64,000 nucleotides of DNA from Planctomycetota bacterium (lineage in GTDB: Bacteria > Planctomycetota > UBA8742 > UBA2392): contig QEVF01000019.1 of the NCBI GenBank assembly GCA_003576915.1, positions 71,153 through 135,152 of the forward strand. Direction: 5' to 3'. Shown here one piece after another: positions 11,431-20,881 of the stretch; position 1 is the first letter of the stretch; each line of letters begins with the position of its first letter. The position numbers and the translations under genes were made by a program. The notes below the pieces were generated by a model that was not told the DNA's origin, did not search any database, and saw nothing but the letters and a program-made list of their open reading frames with translations.

Positions 11431-12692
11431 GCGGCGGACCCAACACCACCACGCAGATCGGCGCTTCGCGCACGGCCGCATCGCTGCGGCGCGAAGAGCG
11501 GCGCGGCTTTGCCATCTTCGGCATGAGCCCCCTCTCCCACCTGGTGATTCTGGGGCTTGCGGCCCTGATCTGGTGGATTGCGCGGGGCATGGTCAACCAG
11601 ACCCTGACCGTGGACAACGCTGCCGGCGTCACCTTCACTTTGAGTGAGGGCCTGCGTTCGGAGTGGGTCATCGTGCCGCCGCGCAATCCACCGACCGTGA
11701 GCATCGATCTTTCGGGCCCCAACGCGGAGGTCAGCCGCTTTGCCAGCACGCTGACGGCCAACCGCGGCGTGTTCCGCTACACCTACAACATCAAACCGCA
11801 GGATGTGGCGCAGCTCGAGGTGGACCGCAGCCTGCAGGCGACGCTCGAGGTGGAACTGTCCGAGTTCAAAGAGGAGGGCGAGTCGCTCAGGCCCTCTGAA
11901 GTGCGCATTCTGCCCCCGGCCCCCGGGCGCAAGCAGTCGGTGCGCCTGGAGAAGATCGTGCGCAGTGACGCCATCATTCTGGTGAGCGAACGCATTACCG
12001 GCGAAGTCTCCGGCCATTCCGTCACGGCCAGAGTCCAGGACGGATTCGAGCTTGAGGTCAGCGGGCCCGCCAGCCGCGTCCGTGAGTTGAGCAACGAGGA
12101 CGGCCGGCCCCTGCTGCGCATTGTCAGTGTGAATGTGAGCCAGCTCGTGGCCACGAAGGCCCAGGTCGAACGCAGGGAGCGCGAGGTCATCCTGCGTGAG
12201 GGATTTACAGAGAACATCGACCTCGTTGCCCTTGACGGCGTCGTGATCAAGAGAAAGGGAACCGACGCGCCGGTCAGCCAGGTGCCGTTGCGCTTCACGT
12301 TTGAAACGCCGCGCGACTGGGCCCAGCCGCCGGGAATCACCATGGCGCCCTCCGTGAGGCTGGCGCCTTGGATGGTGGAAAAGGGTGTAAGAGTGGAAGG
12401 CCTGCCCGCGGGTGTGACCGTCGTGATGCAGGTGCTGCGCCCCCTTGTGCCCGAGTTCAACGAGAAGAACGTAGGCGTGGTGCTGGATCTGTCGCGCGTC
12501 CAGTTTTCAGACCTCAAGAACGTCGAGGCGCCCGAGGGCGGCGGCCCCGGCGTGCGCCGCGCGCGCCTTTCGGGCATGGACTACTCGCTGGACGTGGCAT
12601 TCGAAAAAGGCACCTACCGATTTGCTCGTAGCGATGTCAGCGAGCGTCGCTATCTGCCCGCCGAGGAGATCCGGCTTGTCTGGGAGGAATAG
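11427..12692 (+). CDS. cdaR: YbbR-domain protein (CdaR-like regulator of CdaA)
   Basis: Its start overlaps the cdaA stop by 4 nt (ATGA). It has one TM helix followed by repeated YbbR-like beta units (e.g. PPTVSIDLSGPNAEVSRF, ELEVSGPASRVREL). Its position right after cdaA fits the conserved cdaA-cdaR pair. Confidence 0.65.
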   Translation: MSGGPNTTTQIGASRTAASLRREERRGFAIFGMSPLSHLVILGLAALIWWIARGMVNQTLTVDNAAGVTFTLSEGLRSEWVIVPPRNPPTVSIDLSGPNAEVSRFASTLTANRGVFRYTYNIKPQDVAQLEVDRSLQATLEVELSEFKEEGESLRPSEVRILPPAPGRKQSVRLEKIVRSDAIILVSERITGEVSGHSVTARVQDGFELEVSGPASRVRELSNEDGRPLLRIVSVNVSQLVATKAQVERREREVILREGFTENIDLVALDGVVIKRKGTDAPVSQVPLRFTFETPRDWAQPPGITMAPSVRLAPWMVEKGVRVEGLPAGVTVVMQVLRPLVPEFNEKNVGVVLDLSRVQFSDLKNVEAPEGGGPGVRRARLSGMDYSLDVAFEKGTYRFARSDVSERRYLPAEEIRLVWEE

Positions 12693-15600
12693 GCTTGCGC
12701 TGATTCTCTGCGGCGCGCTTTGCGGCGCGCTGTCCGCCCAGTCTTTGCCGGACATCGGCGCGGCCAAGGTTGAAGGCCTCAGGCTGGCGCTTCTGGACAG
12801 CGCGGGCAACGCGGCGGGCAGCCTGCGCGGCAAATTGGCCAGAAAGGACAGGGCAGGGCGCATTACCGTTGAGGGCGCCGTGCTGGAAGTCTCGCCCAAG
12901 GACGGCACGCTGAAACTGACAGCGCCGAAGCTGGCCTACGATGCCGGCCAGGAACTCATGGACTTTCCCGAGGGTCTGCAGGCCGAACTGCCCGACGGCG
13001 GCCTCCTGACTCTGGCCTCCGGCTCTGCACGTGTTTCAGCGGCGGCCACCCTTTCGCTGAGTTTCAGCAGCCGGGGAGAGTCGCTTCTTCGCCTGGGCCC
13101 GCCATCCGGTTCCTCCCTGACGGTAAGCCTCACCGATGCTGAAGGCAGCCTGGGTTATGGCCGGGGGAGCATTGACACCATCAGCCTGAGGGGGCCGCGG
13201 GGCGCGCGTTTTGCCGCGGCGCTTTCGCGATTTCCGTCGTTGACGCGCGCGGGCCCTGAGGCGGGCCACGTAGAGCTGTTCTGTTTTGGCGAGGCCAGAT
13301 TGTCCGTAGCGGGCGCCACGGAAGACTGCGCCCTGGGGCTCAACGGCCGTGTGAGCTGCAAGGCCCTGGACAAGGGGCGGGTCTTCAACCTCAGTTGTGA
13401 CAGCCTCGAGCTGCGCTGCCGAATCCGGGGCGGGTCTCTTGCGCCTCGGGGCCTGAAGGCCGAGGGCGGCGTGCGCATGGAGGGTGAAGGGGCGAGTGTC
13501 AGTGCGGGCGCCCTGACGCTGGACGAAGGCCCCTTGGAGCGGCGCGCCGTTCTCAGTGGGGGCGCCCAGGCGAGATTCTGGCGCGGGCAGGAGCGGCTGG
13601 TCATGCGCGCCAGGGAGCGCGCCACCGTGCGCACTCCCGCGGGTTCCACCACGGGAGCCGTTCTGTCCGTCCTGCTGGAGGGCGACGCCCAGCTCCGGGG
13701 CGTGACGGCGTCACAGGCGGGCGCTGCCGAGCAGGCCGACTGGGAGCTGCAGGGTGACCACATTTTCTGCAGGCGCCAGCCCCTGGCCTTTGCCCTGGCC
13801 CAAGGGCTGCCCGAGGTCTACCGCTTTGACGTGCGGGATCGCGGCTTTGCGCCGCTGCTCACTTTGGCACGGTCCAAGGGGCGGGAAAGCCTGAGCCTGC
13901 GCGGCCAGGTCGCCCGGGGCCTGCTGCTGGGCTCGGCCCTGCAAGCCGACATCAGCGCTGGAACGGCACAACTCGAAGGCCCCGACCTGCTGGCCATTGC
14001 CGAAGGACCTTTCAACCTGCTGCCCGCCTTGCGTTACATTTTGGGCCTGCGCGACCCGGCCGACGTGCAAAAGGCTCCGCCGGCGGCGCCGGGCAGGCTG
14101 TGGTTCCGGGCCCAGGCCCGCGTGAGTTTGAGTTTCTCCCGTCAGGGTGCGGCACTGCAGGGATTGTCGGCCACGGCCGAAGGTGCCGTGGAGCTGCGCG
14201 AAGAACCGATTATCCGCAATGACCGTGAACTGGTCACCCTCCGGGGCGCGCGCCTTCAGTGCGCCCTTCGGGGCGATGTTCTCGAGTCTCTGCTCGTCGA
14301 GCCCGACGTGAGCGGCGAGGCCAGGGCCACCGTGGGTTTTGATCTGCTGCACTGCCGGCGCATCGCACTGACCACAGACCAGTCCATCCAGACCCTGCAA
14401 CTGGACGGTCCGGGACGCCTCGTCATGCGCGATCGCACGACGCTGGATTACCTGCACACCCTGCTGGCGCGGCAGGACCTTCCTGGCGACCTGTTCCGGA
14501 GTTCGGTGGAGCTTCGGGCCGACGCGGGCTGGGCCGGCTTTGCGGGCCGGGCCCTCGTGGTCAACGGGCCGCAGCGGAGAACCTTTGAGCTGGAGGGCGC
14601 GGCGCTGGTGCTGGTGCATGGCGGCTTTGAGCCGCCGCGGGCGGGGCCGGGAGCCTTTGCAGACCTCGAGGAGCTGCTGGAAGACGATGTGGAGCAGCTC
14701 TACGAGGCCACAGCGCGCCGCTTGCGCGGCGATGTCTCCAGGCTCAAACTTGAACAGGGGGCCGTCGTGACAGCGGTGGCCCTGACCCTTGAGGGAGAGC
14801 CGCGTCTGCGCTCGCGCCTCGACGGCCTCTTTGCCACGGCCCGTGACAGCCTTACCGTGGCGGGCGCCGAGTTGCTGGTGCCCGGCTCGGGCCGCGGCGC
14901 CGGTCGTTTTGACCAGGGCACGCAGATTCAACTGCGCGGCCAGGCGCGCATCGAGTTCCTGCGTGCCGCCAGCTACTTTGACGAGGGGGCTCGACTGGGA
15001 GGCGTGAGCTACGACGGACCCTGGGCCCTGCGTGCCGACGACGAGTTGACGGTTTCGGTTCTGGCGCCCGCGCTCGAGATACAGTCCCTGCGTCAGGCGC
15101 TGAAGGCCGTGCCCAAGGCGCCCATGAATGTCGCGCAGCTCGATGCGCGAATCAAGCGCTTTGCGCAGGATCTCGCTGCTGTGGGCGCCAACTTTGACTC
15201 CGTCGCGGATCACAGGCGCGTCAGTCGGGCTTCGCGCACCCTGCGCATGGCTCAGGAAAGCCTCGACCTCTCCTGCCGCATGGGCGCACTCGGGCATGGG
15301 GCCGTGGCCCGCAGCCTGCTGGACAACGCGCGTGGACTGGAAGCCGCCGCCTTTGCCCTGCTCGGTCCTGAAGTGCGGGCCCTGGCGCTGGGCAATGTCG
15401 AGGCGCGCCTCTCCAGCAGCCGGCCCGGCACGCTTCCGTTCATGCTGACGATGCGGCGCCTGGACCTGAGTCTCGACGGCATGGGCGCGCCCCGGATGCT
15501 GGAAGGCGAAGGGCCCGTGCGCGTGAGCCGCGGGCGCTATGCCGTCTCGGGGCGGGAGGCCCGCATGGATGAAAACGGGGTCTTGACGCTGGATGGCGCG

Positions 15601-15756
15601 GGCATCACCCTGCCCGTCGAAATCGGCTTCGAGCTTGGCGGCGTCACCGAGGTTGCCCTTCACACCAGCGGGCCGCGCATGGGGCGCGTGCGTGTAAGCG
15701 GGCGCGGGCTGACCGTCAAGGCCACTCTGGCACGGCCCTCAACGGAGGCGAAGTGA
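12676..15756 (+). CDS. Large secreted hypothetical protein (~1,026 aa) with repeated OstA/LptA-like sequence patterns
   Basis: ORF 12622..15756. A TTG at 12676 gives the signal-peptide-like MSGRNRLALILCGALCGALSAQS. It has high GC3 and an A/G/L/R-rich composition. Its stop overlaps the cmk ATG (TGATG). I recognise no enzyme motifs. Confidence 0.7.
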   Translation: MSGRNRLALILCGALCGALSAQSLPDIGAAKVEGLRLALLDSAGNAAGSLRGKLARKDRAGRITVEGAVLEVSPKDGTLKLTAPKLAYDAGQELMDFPEGLQAELPDGGLLTLASGSARVSAAATLSLSFSSRGESLLRLGPPSGSSLTVSLTDAEGSLGYGRGSIDTISLRGPRGARFAAALSRFPSLTRAGPEAGHVELFCFGEARLSVAGATEDCALGLNGRVSCKALDKGRVFNLSCDSLELRCRIRGGSLAPRGLKAEGGVRMEGEGASVSAGALTLDEGPLERRAVLSGGAQARFWRGQERLVMRARERATVRTPAGSTTGAVLSVLLEGDAQLRGVTASQAGAAEQADWELQGDHIFCRRQPLAFALAQGLPEVYRFDVRDRGFAPLLTLARSKGRESLSLRGQVARGLLLGSALQADISAGTAQLEGPDLLAIAEGPFNLLPALRYILGLRDPADVQKAPPAAPGRLWFRAQARVSLSFSRQGAALQGLSATAEGAVELREEPIIRNDRELVTLRGARLQCALRGDVLESLLVEPDVSGEARATVGFDLLHCRRIALTTDQSIQTLQLDGPGRLVMRDRTTLDYLHTLLARQDLPGDLFRSSVELRADAGWAGFAGRALVVNGPQRRTFELEGAALVLVHGGFEPPRAGPGAFADLEELLEDDVEQLYEATARRLRGDVSRLKLEQGAVVTAVALTLEGEPRLRSRLDGLFATARDSLTVAGAELLVPGSGRGAGRFDQGTQIQLRGQARIEFLRAASYFDEGARLGGVSYDGPWALRADDELTVSVLAPALEIQSLRQALKAVPKAPMNVAQLDARIKRFAQDLAAVGANFDSVADHRRVSRASRTLRMAQESLDLSCRMGALGHGAVARSLLDNARGLEAAAFALLGPEVRALALGNVEARLSSSRPGTLPFMLTMRRLDLSLDGMGAPRMLEGEGPVRVSRGRYAVSGREARMDENGVLTLDGAGITLPVEIGFELGGVTEVALHTSGPRMGRVRVSGRGLTVKATLARPSTEAK

Positions 15757-16463
15757 TGTCCAACAACATTATCACCATCGACGGCCCCTCCGGCGCGGGC
15801 AAGAGCACGATCACCCGGCTGGCGGCCCAGCGCCTGGGGCTGCGCTATCTCGACACCGGCGCCATGTACCGCGCCCTGACCCTTCATTGCATGCGCAAGG
15901 GCGTCAAGCTCGACAACCCCAAGGCCGTGGCCGAGGCGGCCGGCGGCGCCAACCTGCGATGCGAACTTGCCCTCGAGGGTCCCATGCGCGTGTTTCTCGG
16001 GGCCGAGGACGTAACGGACAAGATCCGGACCCAGGAAGTCACCCGGAACATCCATTACGTGGCCGACGTGTTCGAGGTGCGCGACCTCATGGTCAGGATG
16101 CAGCGCGAGATTGGCCGGGAGGGCAATCTCGTCACCGAAGGACGCGACCAGGGAACCGTCGTGTTTCCCGATGCCGCGCTCAAGGTGTTCATGTTCGCAA
16201 CGCCTGAGGTCAGGGCGCGGAGGCGCCATGCTGAACTCAAGGCCAAGGGCGTCGAAGTCAGCTACGAGGAAGTGCTGGAGGACATCTCGCGGCGCGACTA
16301 CCTCGATCAGGGCCGCGAAGTGGGGGCGCTGCGCAAGGCGCGGGACGCCGTCGAGCTGGATACCAGCCAACTCACGCCCGAGGAAGTCTCAGAGGCCATC
16401 GTCAAGCTGGCCAAGAGCCGGCTGATGATGCGGACGCGCAAGGTCGAGCGCCCCAAGCCTTGA
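15756..16463 (+). CDS. cmk: Cytidylate kinase
   Basis: Contains ITIDGPSGAGKSTITRLAAQRLGLRYLDTGAMYRA, which is the Cmk P-loop and N-terminal signature. A GTG at 15753 is an alternative start. Confidence 0.9.
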   Translation: MSNNIITIDGPSGAGKSTITRLAAQRLGLRYLDTGAMYRALTLHCMRKGVKLDNPKAVAEAAGGANLRCELALEGPMRVFLGAEDVTDKIRTQEVTRNIHYVADVFEVRDLMVRMQREIGREGNLVTEGRDQGTVVFPDAALKVFMFATPEVRARRRHAELKAKGVEVSYEEVLEDISRRDYLDQGREVGALRKARDAVELDTSQLTPEEVSEAIVKLAKSRLMMRTRKVERPKP

Positions 16464-16500
16464 ACCGCGGCTTGCAGCGGCTATCCTTGCAATCCCCGAC

Positions 16501-16956
16501 ATGACGGAATTCACCATGCGCGTGCTACCCGTGCTTCTGCTGGCGTTGAGCTTTGTGGCATGCGGCTGCGCTTCGAGCCAGGCTCGACCCAGCCGCGTCG
16601 GAGAAATCGGCCTGAACAGCGCCTACGAGCGGGCCCTGTCAGCGGAGAACAATGCGCGCCGCACCTACGAGTTCAGCGCACCCAAGACCGGGGCCTTGAT
16701 CCGCAGTGAGCCGCCGGGGGCAACCATCGAATGGCTGAACCACGAAGGCACCTGGGTCACCGTGGGCAGCACGCCATCGAAGCAGATTGTCATCGAGGCG
16801 ACGGGCAAGCCCGAGCTGTTCCGCGTTTCGCGCCTGGGTTTCCTGCCCCAGACCCGCTGGGTGGCCTCTACAGGGGGGCGCGGCAACGTGGAAGTCATGT
16901 TCGAGCTGGAACCCGACCTCCCGGTGGGGCACGGGGTGAAGGGCGGAGTGCGTTGA
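16501..16956 (+). CDS. Lipoprotein with a PEGA-like beta domain (hypothetical)
   Basis: The signal peptide and lipobox are LLLALSFVACGC. GALIRSEPPGATIEWLNHEGTWVTVGSTP...FRVSRLGFLPQ resembles a PEGA domain. Confidence 0.55.
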   Translation: MTEFTMRVLPVLLLALSFVACGCASSQARPSRVGEIGLNSAYERALSAENNARRTYEFSAPKTGALIRSEPPGATIEWLNHEGTWVTVGSTPSKQIVIEATGKPELFRVSRLGFLPQTRWVASTGGRGNVEVMFELEPDLPVGHGVKGGVR

Positions 16957-17041
16957 TGTTCCGCCTTGCCGGGCCTCAAACGTATTGAATACAGGACTGC
17001 TCGGGCGCCCTCCGGCGCCCGTTGCTTTGAGAGAGGAACCC

Positions 17042-19777
17042 GTGAAAACACGCATGCTTCTGGGCGCCTTGTGCGCGTCTTTGCTGCTGGCTGCGGCGCT
17101 TGCTCCTTTGGGTGCTCAGGAAAAGCCGGCTGCCGATGCGCAGGGGCTGGATGTAGCGGAATTCACGCTGGATAACGGGTTGAGGGTGCTGGTGGTGAAC
17201 CGGCCCGGCGTGCCCGTGGTGTCGAGCTTCGTCTGGTACGCCGTGGGTGCGGCAGACGAAGAGCCGCAGAAGACGGGCATGGCCCACTTCCTGGAACACA
17301 TGATGTTCAAGGGCAGCAGCCGCTACAAGAAGGGCGACATCGACGCCATCACGGCCCGCAATGGCGGTTCAAACAACGCCTTCACCAGCAACGACTACAC
17401 GGCCTACTTCATAGACCTGCCCAAGAGCCGCTATGTGGAGGCCCTGAAGATCGAGGCAGACCGCATGCGGCGCCTCACGCTTGATCAGGCCGAGTTCGAC
17501 GCCGAGAAGAAGGTGGTCCAGAGTGAGAGCGACATCTCAGCCGACAATCCCCAGAGCCGCCTGTGGGAGCGCCTGGATGCAGAGCTTTACGGGCCCCTGC
17601 ATCCCTACGCCCACCCGGTGCTGGGCTGGCCTCAGGACGTCGCGGACACCACGCGGCGCGACATGCGCGCCTTCTACGACCGGCACTACCACCCCAACCA
17701 CGCCACCCTCATCCTGTGCGGCGACATCACGGAAAAGGAGGCCCGCCCGGTCGTGACGGAGCTGTTTGGACCTCTGGCGCGCGGCCCGGAAATGAAGCGA
17801 CCCGCCTACAGCCCCGTGGAGTTCAAGGGCCGCAGGAGCTTTGAGGTGCGCAGCGACGCCGGAGTGGTGCAGATGGCGCGGGCCTACGCAGGCGTGCCTG
17901 CCGGCCATGCAGACGAACCCGCCCTGGACGTTCTGAGCATGATTCTGGGCGATGGCGTGACCTCGCGCCTTTACCGCCACATGGTCGACGAGACCATGCA
18001 GGTCAACCAGATTGGCGCGGGCAATCTGACGCAGATGCTGGGCGGCATCTTCTACATCTGGGCGGAGCTGGCTGACGGAGTCGAGCGCGCGGATGCCGGC
18101 GCCGGCATCGACGGGCAGATCGCGCGCCTGATCAAGGACGGAATCAAGCCCGCCGAGCTCGAACGGGCCAAGCGGCTTGTCGTCGCCCAGGATGTGTTTG
18201 GCCGCGAAAAGTCCAGCGACATCGCCCAGCAACTGGGCGCGGCGCAGATCGTTCAGGGGGACTGGCGCGCCGCCTTACGCTACCCCGAGCGCATCAAACA
18301 GGTCACGACCGACGACGTCCTGCGCGTGGCGAAGAAGTACCTCGGTGAGGGCCATCACGTAACCGGCTGGCTGGTGCCCAAGCTGACGGAGAGCGCCACG
18401 GGCTCAGGTGTTGAGGACGCCAGGCCCCAGCCGCTGCCGGTTTCGCGCCATGTGCTGGAAAACGGCGCCGTCGTCCTGCTCTACGCCAGGTCCGGTCTGC
18501 CGGTGGTGAGCGCCAGCGTGGGCATACGCGCCGGCCGCGCCACGGAGCCCCTGGGCAAGTCCGGCCTGTCATCCTTTGGAGGCGGCTTGCTGGATACGGG
18601 CACTGTCAGGCGCGACAAACTTGCCATCGCCGAAGCCATCGAGGGTGTCGGTGGACAGTTGAGCGTGGGAGCGGGGGGGGGCTCCTTGCGTGTGCTGTCT
18701 GAGCATGCCGCGCTGGGACTGGACCTCCTGGCGGACTGCCTGATCAACCCTGCGTTCAAGCCCATGGAGATCGAACTGCTGCGCAAGCAGATGCTGGCGG
18801 CCATCGAGTCCGACAAGGATGAAACGTCGGCCTTCGCCCGCGACGCCGCAAACGCCTGGTTGTACGGGCCGGACACGGCCCTGGGGGCGCCCGCCAAGGG
18901 CACCGTGAACAGCATCAAGGGCATCACGCGCGAGGATATCGTTCAGTGGCACAAGACCTGGTTCAGGCCCGACAACGCCGTGATTGCCGTGGTAGGCGAC
19001 TTCAAAGAGTCCGAGATGCTGGCCCTGCTGCGCGAGCGTTTTGGCGCATGGAAGAAGCCGGCCGAGCCCCTGGTGCATCCGCGCTTTGAATTCAAGAGTC
19101 CGGCCGCGCCCAGCGGCACCCAGGCCCTGCGCTTTGACAGCTTTGACTTTTCAGCGGTTGATCGCAGCAAGAAGCGCATCACCATCGACCATCCTGAAAA
19201 GGACCAGGTGGTGGTCCGCCTCCAGTGCCTGGGAATCCGTCGCGACAATCCGGACTACTATGCCCTCATGGTGCTCGACAGCGTGCTGGGCACCTCTCCC
19301 GGTTTCACGGACCGCTTCAGCCGCAAGCTGCGCGACGACATGGGCCTGGCTTACAGCACCTATGCCAACATTGCGGGCTCCAGCGGTCTGCAGGAAGGCG
19401 CCTTCCTGGGTTACATCGGCACCCGCGCCGAGAACGTGGAAACAGCCATTGCCACCATGTACGGGCTGATCCGGGAAATCCGCGAGCAGCCCGTCAGTGA
19501 CCGCGAGCTGCGAGATGCCAAGGACTACCTCAAGGGCAGCTTCGTATTCAGCCTGGAGTCCACGGGCCAGTTGGCCGATCTGATCCTCAACATCGAGCGT
19601 TATCAGCTCGGCAATGACTATCTCGTGCGCTACGCCCAGGCCATTGAAGCCGTCACAGCCGACGACATTACGCGCGTGGCTCGCAAGTACCTCGTGCCCG
19701 AGAACATGGTTGAGGTACTCTGTGGGCCGGTGTCGCGCCTCAGTCAAGGTGATGAGGCGACACCCGGCGGCAAGTAG
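17042..19777 (+). CDS. M16 (pitrilysin/insulinase) family zinc peptidase, double-length with two M16 units
   Basis: A GTG at 17042 gives the signal peptide MKTRMLLGALCASLLLAAALAPLGAQE. The inverted zinc motif is HFLEHMMFKGS. A second, inactive-type M16 half fills the C-terminal 450 aa. Confidence 0.85.
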   Translation: MKTRMLLGALCASLLLAAALAPLGAQEKPAADAQGLDVAEFTLDNGLRVLVVNRPGVPVVSSFVWYAVGAADEEPQKTGMAHFLEHMMFKGSSRYKKGDIDAITARNGGSNNAFTSNDYTAYFIDLPKSRYVEALKIEADRMRRLTLDQAEFDAEKKVVQSESDISADNPQSRLWERLDAELYGPLHPYAHPVLGWPQDVADTTRRDMRAFYDRHYHPNHATLILCGDITEKEARPVVTELFGPLARGPEMKRPAYSPVEFKGRRSFEVRSDAGVVQMARAYAGVPAGHADEPALDVLSMILGDGVTSRLYRHMVDETMQVNQIGAGNLTQMLGGIFYIWAELADGVERADAGAGIDGQIARLIKDGIKPAELERAKRLVVAQDVFGREKSSDIAQQLGAAQIVQGDWRAALRYPERIKQVTTDDVLRVAKKYLGEGHHVTGWLVPKLTESATGSGVEDARPQPLPVSRHVLENGAVVLLYARSGLPVVSASVGIRAGRATEPLGKSGLSSFGGGLLDTGTVRRDKLAIAEAIEGVGGQLSVGAGGGSLRVLSEHAALGLDLLADCLINPAFKPMEIELLRKQMLAAIESDKDETSAFARDAANAWLYGPDTALGAPAKGTVNSIKGITREDIVQWHKTWFRPDNAVIAVVGDFKESEMLALLRERFGAWKKPAEPLVHPRFEFKSPAAPSGTQALRFDSFDFSAVDRSKKRITIDHPEKDQVVVRLQCLGIRRDNPDYYALMVLDSVLGTSPGFTDRFSRKLRDDMGLAYSTYANIAGSSGLQEGAFLGYIGTRAENVETAIATMYGLIREIREQPVSDRELRDAKDYLKGSFVFSLESTGQLADLILNIERYQLGNDYLVRYAQAIEAVTADDITRVARKYLVPENMVEVLCGPVSRLSQGDEATPGGK

Positions 19778-19831
19778 TCCGGGCGCCGCGCCCCGGAGTA
19801 CAATGGCCCTGCCTGAACAGGAGATGTGTCC

Positions 19832-20767
19832 ATGCGTCCCCTCCTGCTTGCGCTGCTCTGCTGCGGGTCCTTGCTGGCCCAGGAGCGCTCCTATGAGTCG
19901 GCCTTCGGCGAAAACACGCTGGCCCGATGCGACGTCATCTTGCATGCCACGGCCTCGGCCGTACGCAAGAGCCTGGGCGGCGCCATCAGCGTGGACCTCA
20001 CGGTCCAGGACGTGATCTGGGGCGAGGAGAAGGCCAGGGAAGTCAAGCTCATCTACACGGACAAAACCCTGCTGAAGGAACGGGAGTCCGTGGAAGGGCT
20101 CTTCGCCTTGAAAGTCATGGCCGGCCAGGGCTATTCGCCCGTGGGCCGCCCTGTCGTACTCTCCGACAGCGACGGCGAGCGCAGTTCCAAATTTGCCGTT
20201 TGCAGGGCCTTCATCGAGCTGGAACAGCAGGCGGCCGGCGAGGAGCGGCTCAAGGCCTTTGAAGACCTGCTGGCATACCACCTCTCGCTGGGGGGCTATC
20301 CCGGCCGCAATGCCGCCGTTGAGCTGATGCTGTGGGTGGCACGCAAGCCCGGCCACGTGACGCGCGAACGCTTCGACCGTTTCAAGGCGCTGCTCGCCGC
20401 CTCCAGCCAGGCCCTGGACAACCGCACCCGCCAGGATGTGCAGCTTGCCCTGCAGGGCATGGTTGAGACCCGTCTCAAGAACGACTGCTTTCGCGAGGCG
20501 AGGCGCGGCAAGGCCAAGGCCGACCGCGTGAAAGCCGTGACCCAGCTGGCGGAGTTCGTCAAGGACTACCCCCGGGCTTTTGTGGAGGCCGACGCCAAAC
20601 TGGCCGACGCTCTGGCCAAGGAGTGCCAGGACGGCGCGACGGCGCGAACGGCGCTGGAAGACATCGCCTCCGAGATTCGCCGGGAGCTGCGTGCGCGCCA
20701 GATTGAGGAAGAGGCCCGGCGTGCCGAAGAGGAAGAGCGCGTGCGCCACGCCCAGGGCGACAAGTAG
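19832..20767 (+). CDS. Hypothetical secreted helical protein
   Basis: ATG at 19832 lies 8 nt after GGAG. The signal peptide is MRPLLLALLCCGSLLAQE. The C-terminus is charged and coiled-coil-like. I recognise no family. Confidence 0.6.
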   Translation: MRPLLLALLCCGSLLAQERSYESAFGENTLARCDVILHATASAVRKSLGGAISVDLTVQDVIWGEEKAREVKLIYTDKTLLKERESVEGLFALKVMAGQGYSPVGRPVVLSDSDGERSSKFAVCRAFIELEQQAAGEERLKAFEDLLAYHLSLGGYPGRNAAVELMLWVARKPGHVTRERFDRFKALLAASSQALDNRTRQDVQLALQGMVETRLKNDCFREARRGKAKADRVKAVTQLAEFVKDYPRAFVEADAKLADALAKECQDGATARTALEDIASEIRRELRARQIEEEARRAEEEERVRHAQGDK

Positions 20768-20881
20768 CCGATTTTTCCGGATTCATTCAATTGAGCCGCG
20801 CCCATCTGCCGATGGATGCGCAAGTGCGCCTTTTGGGGCGCAGCGCCAGTCGATGAAACCAACCCACACAGGGAGCCAGTT

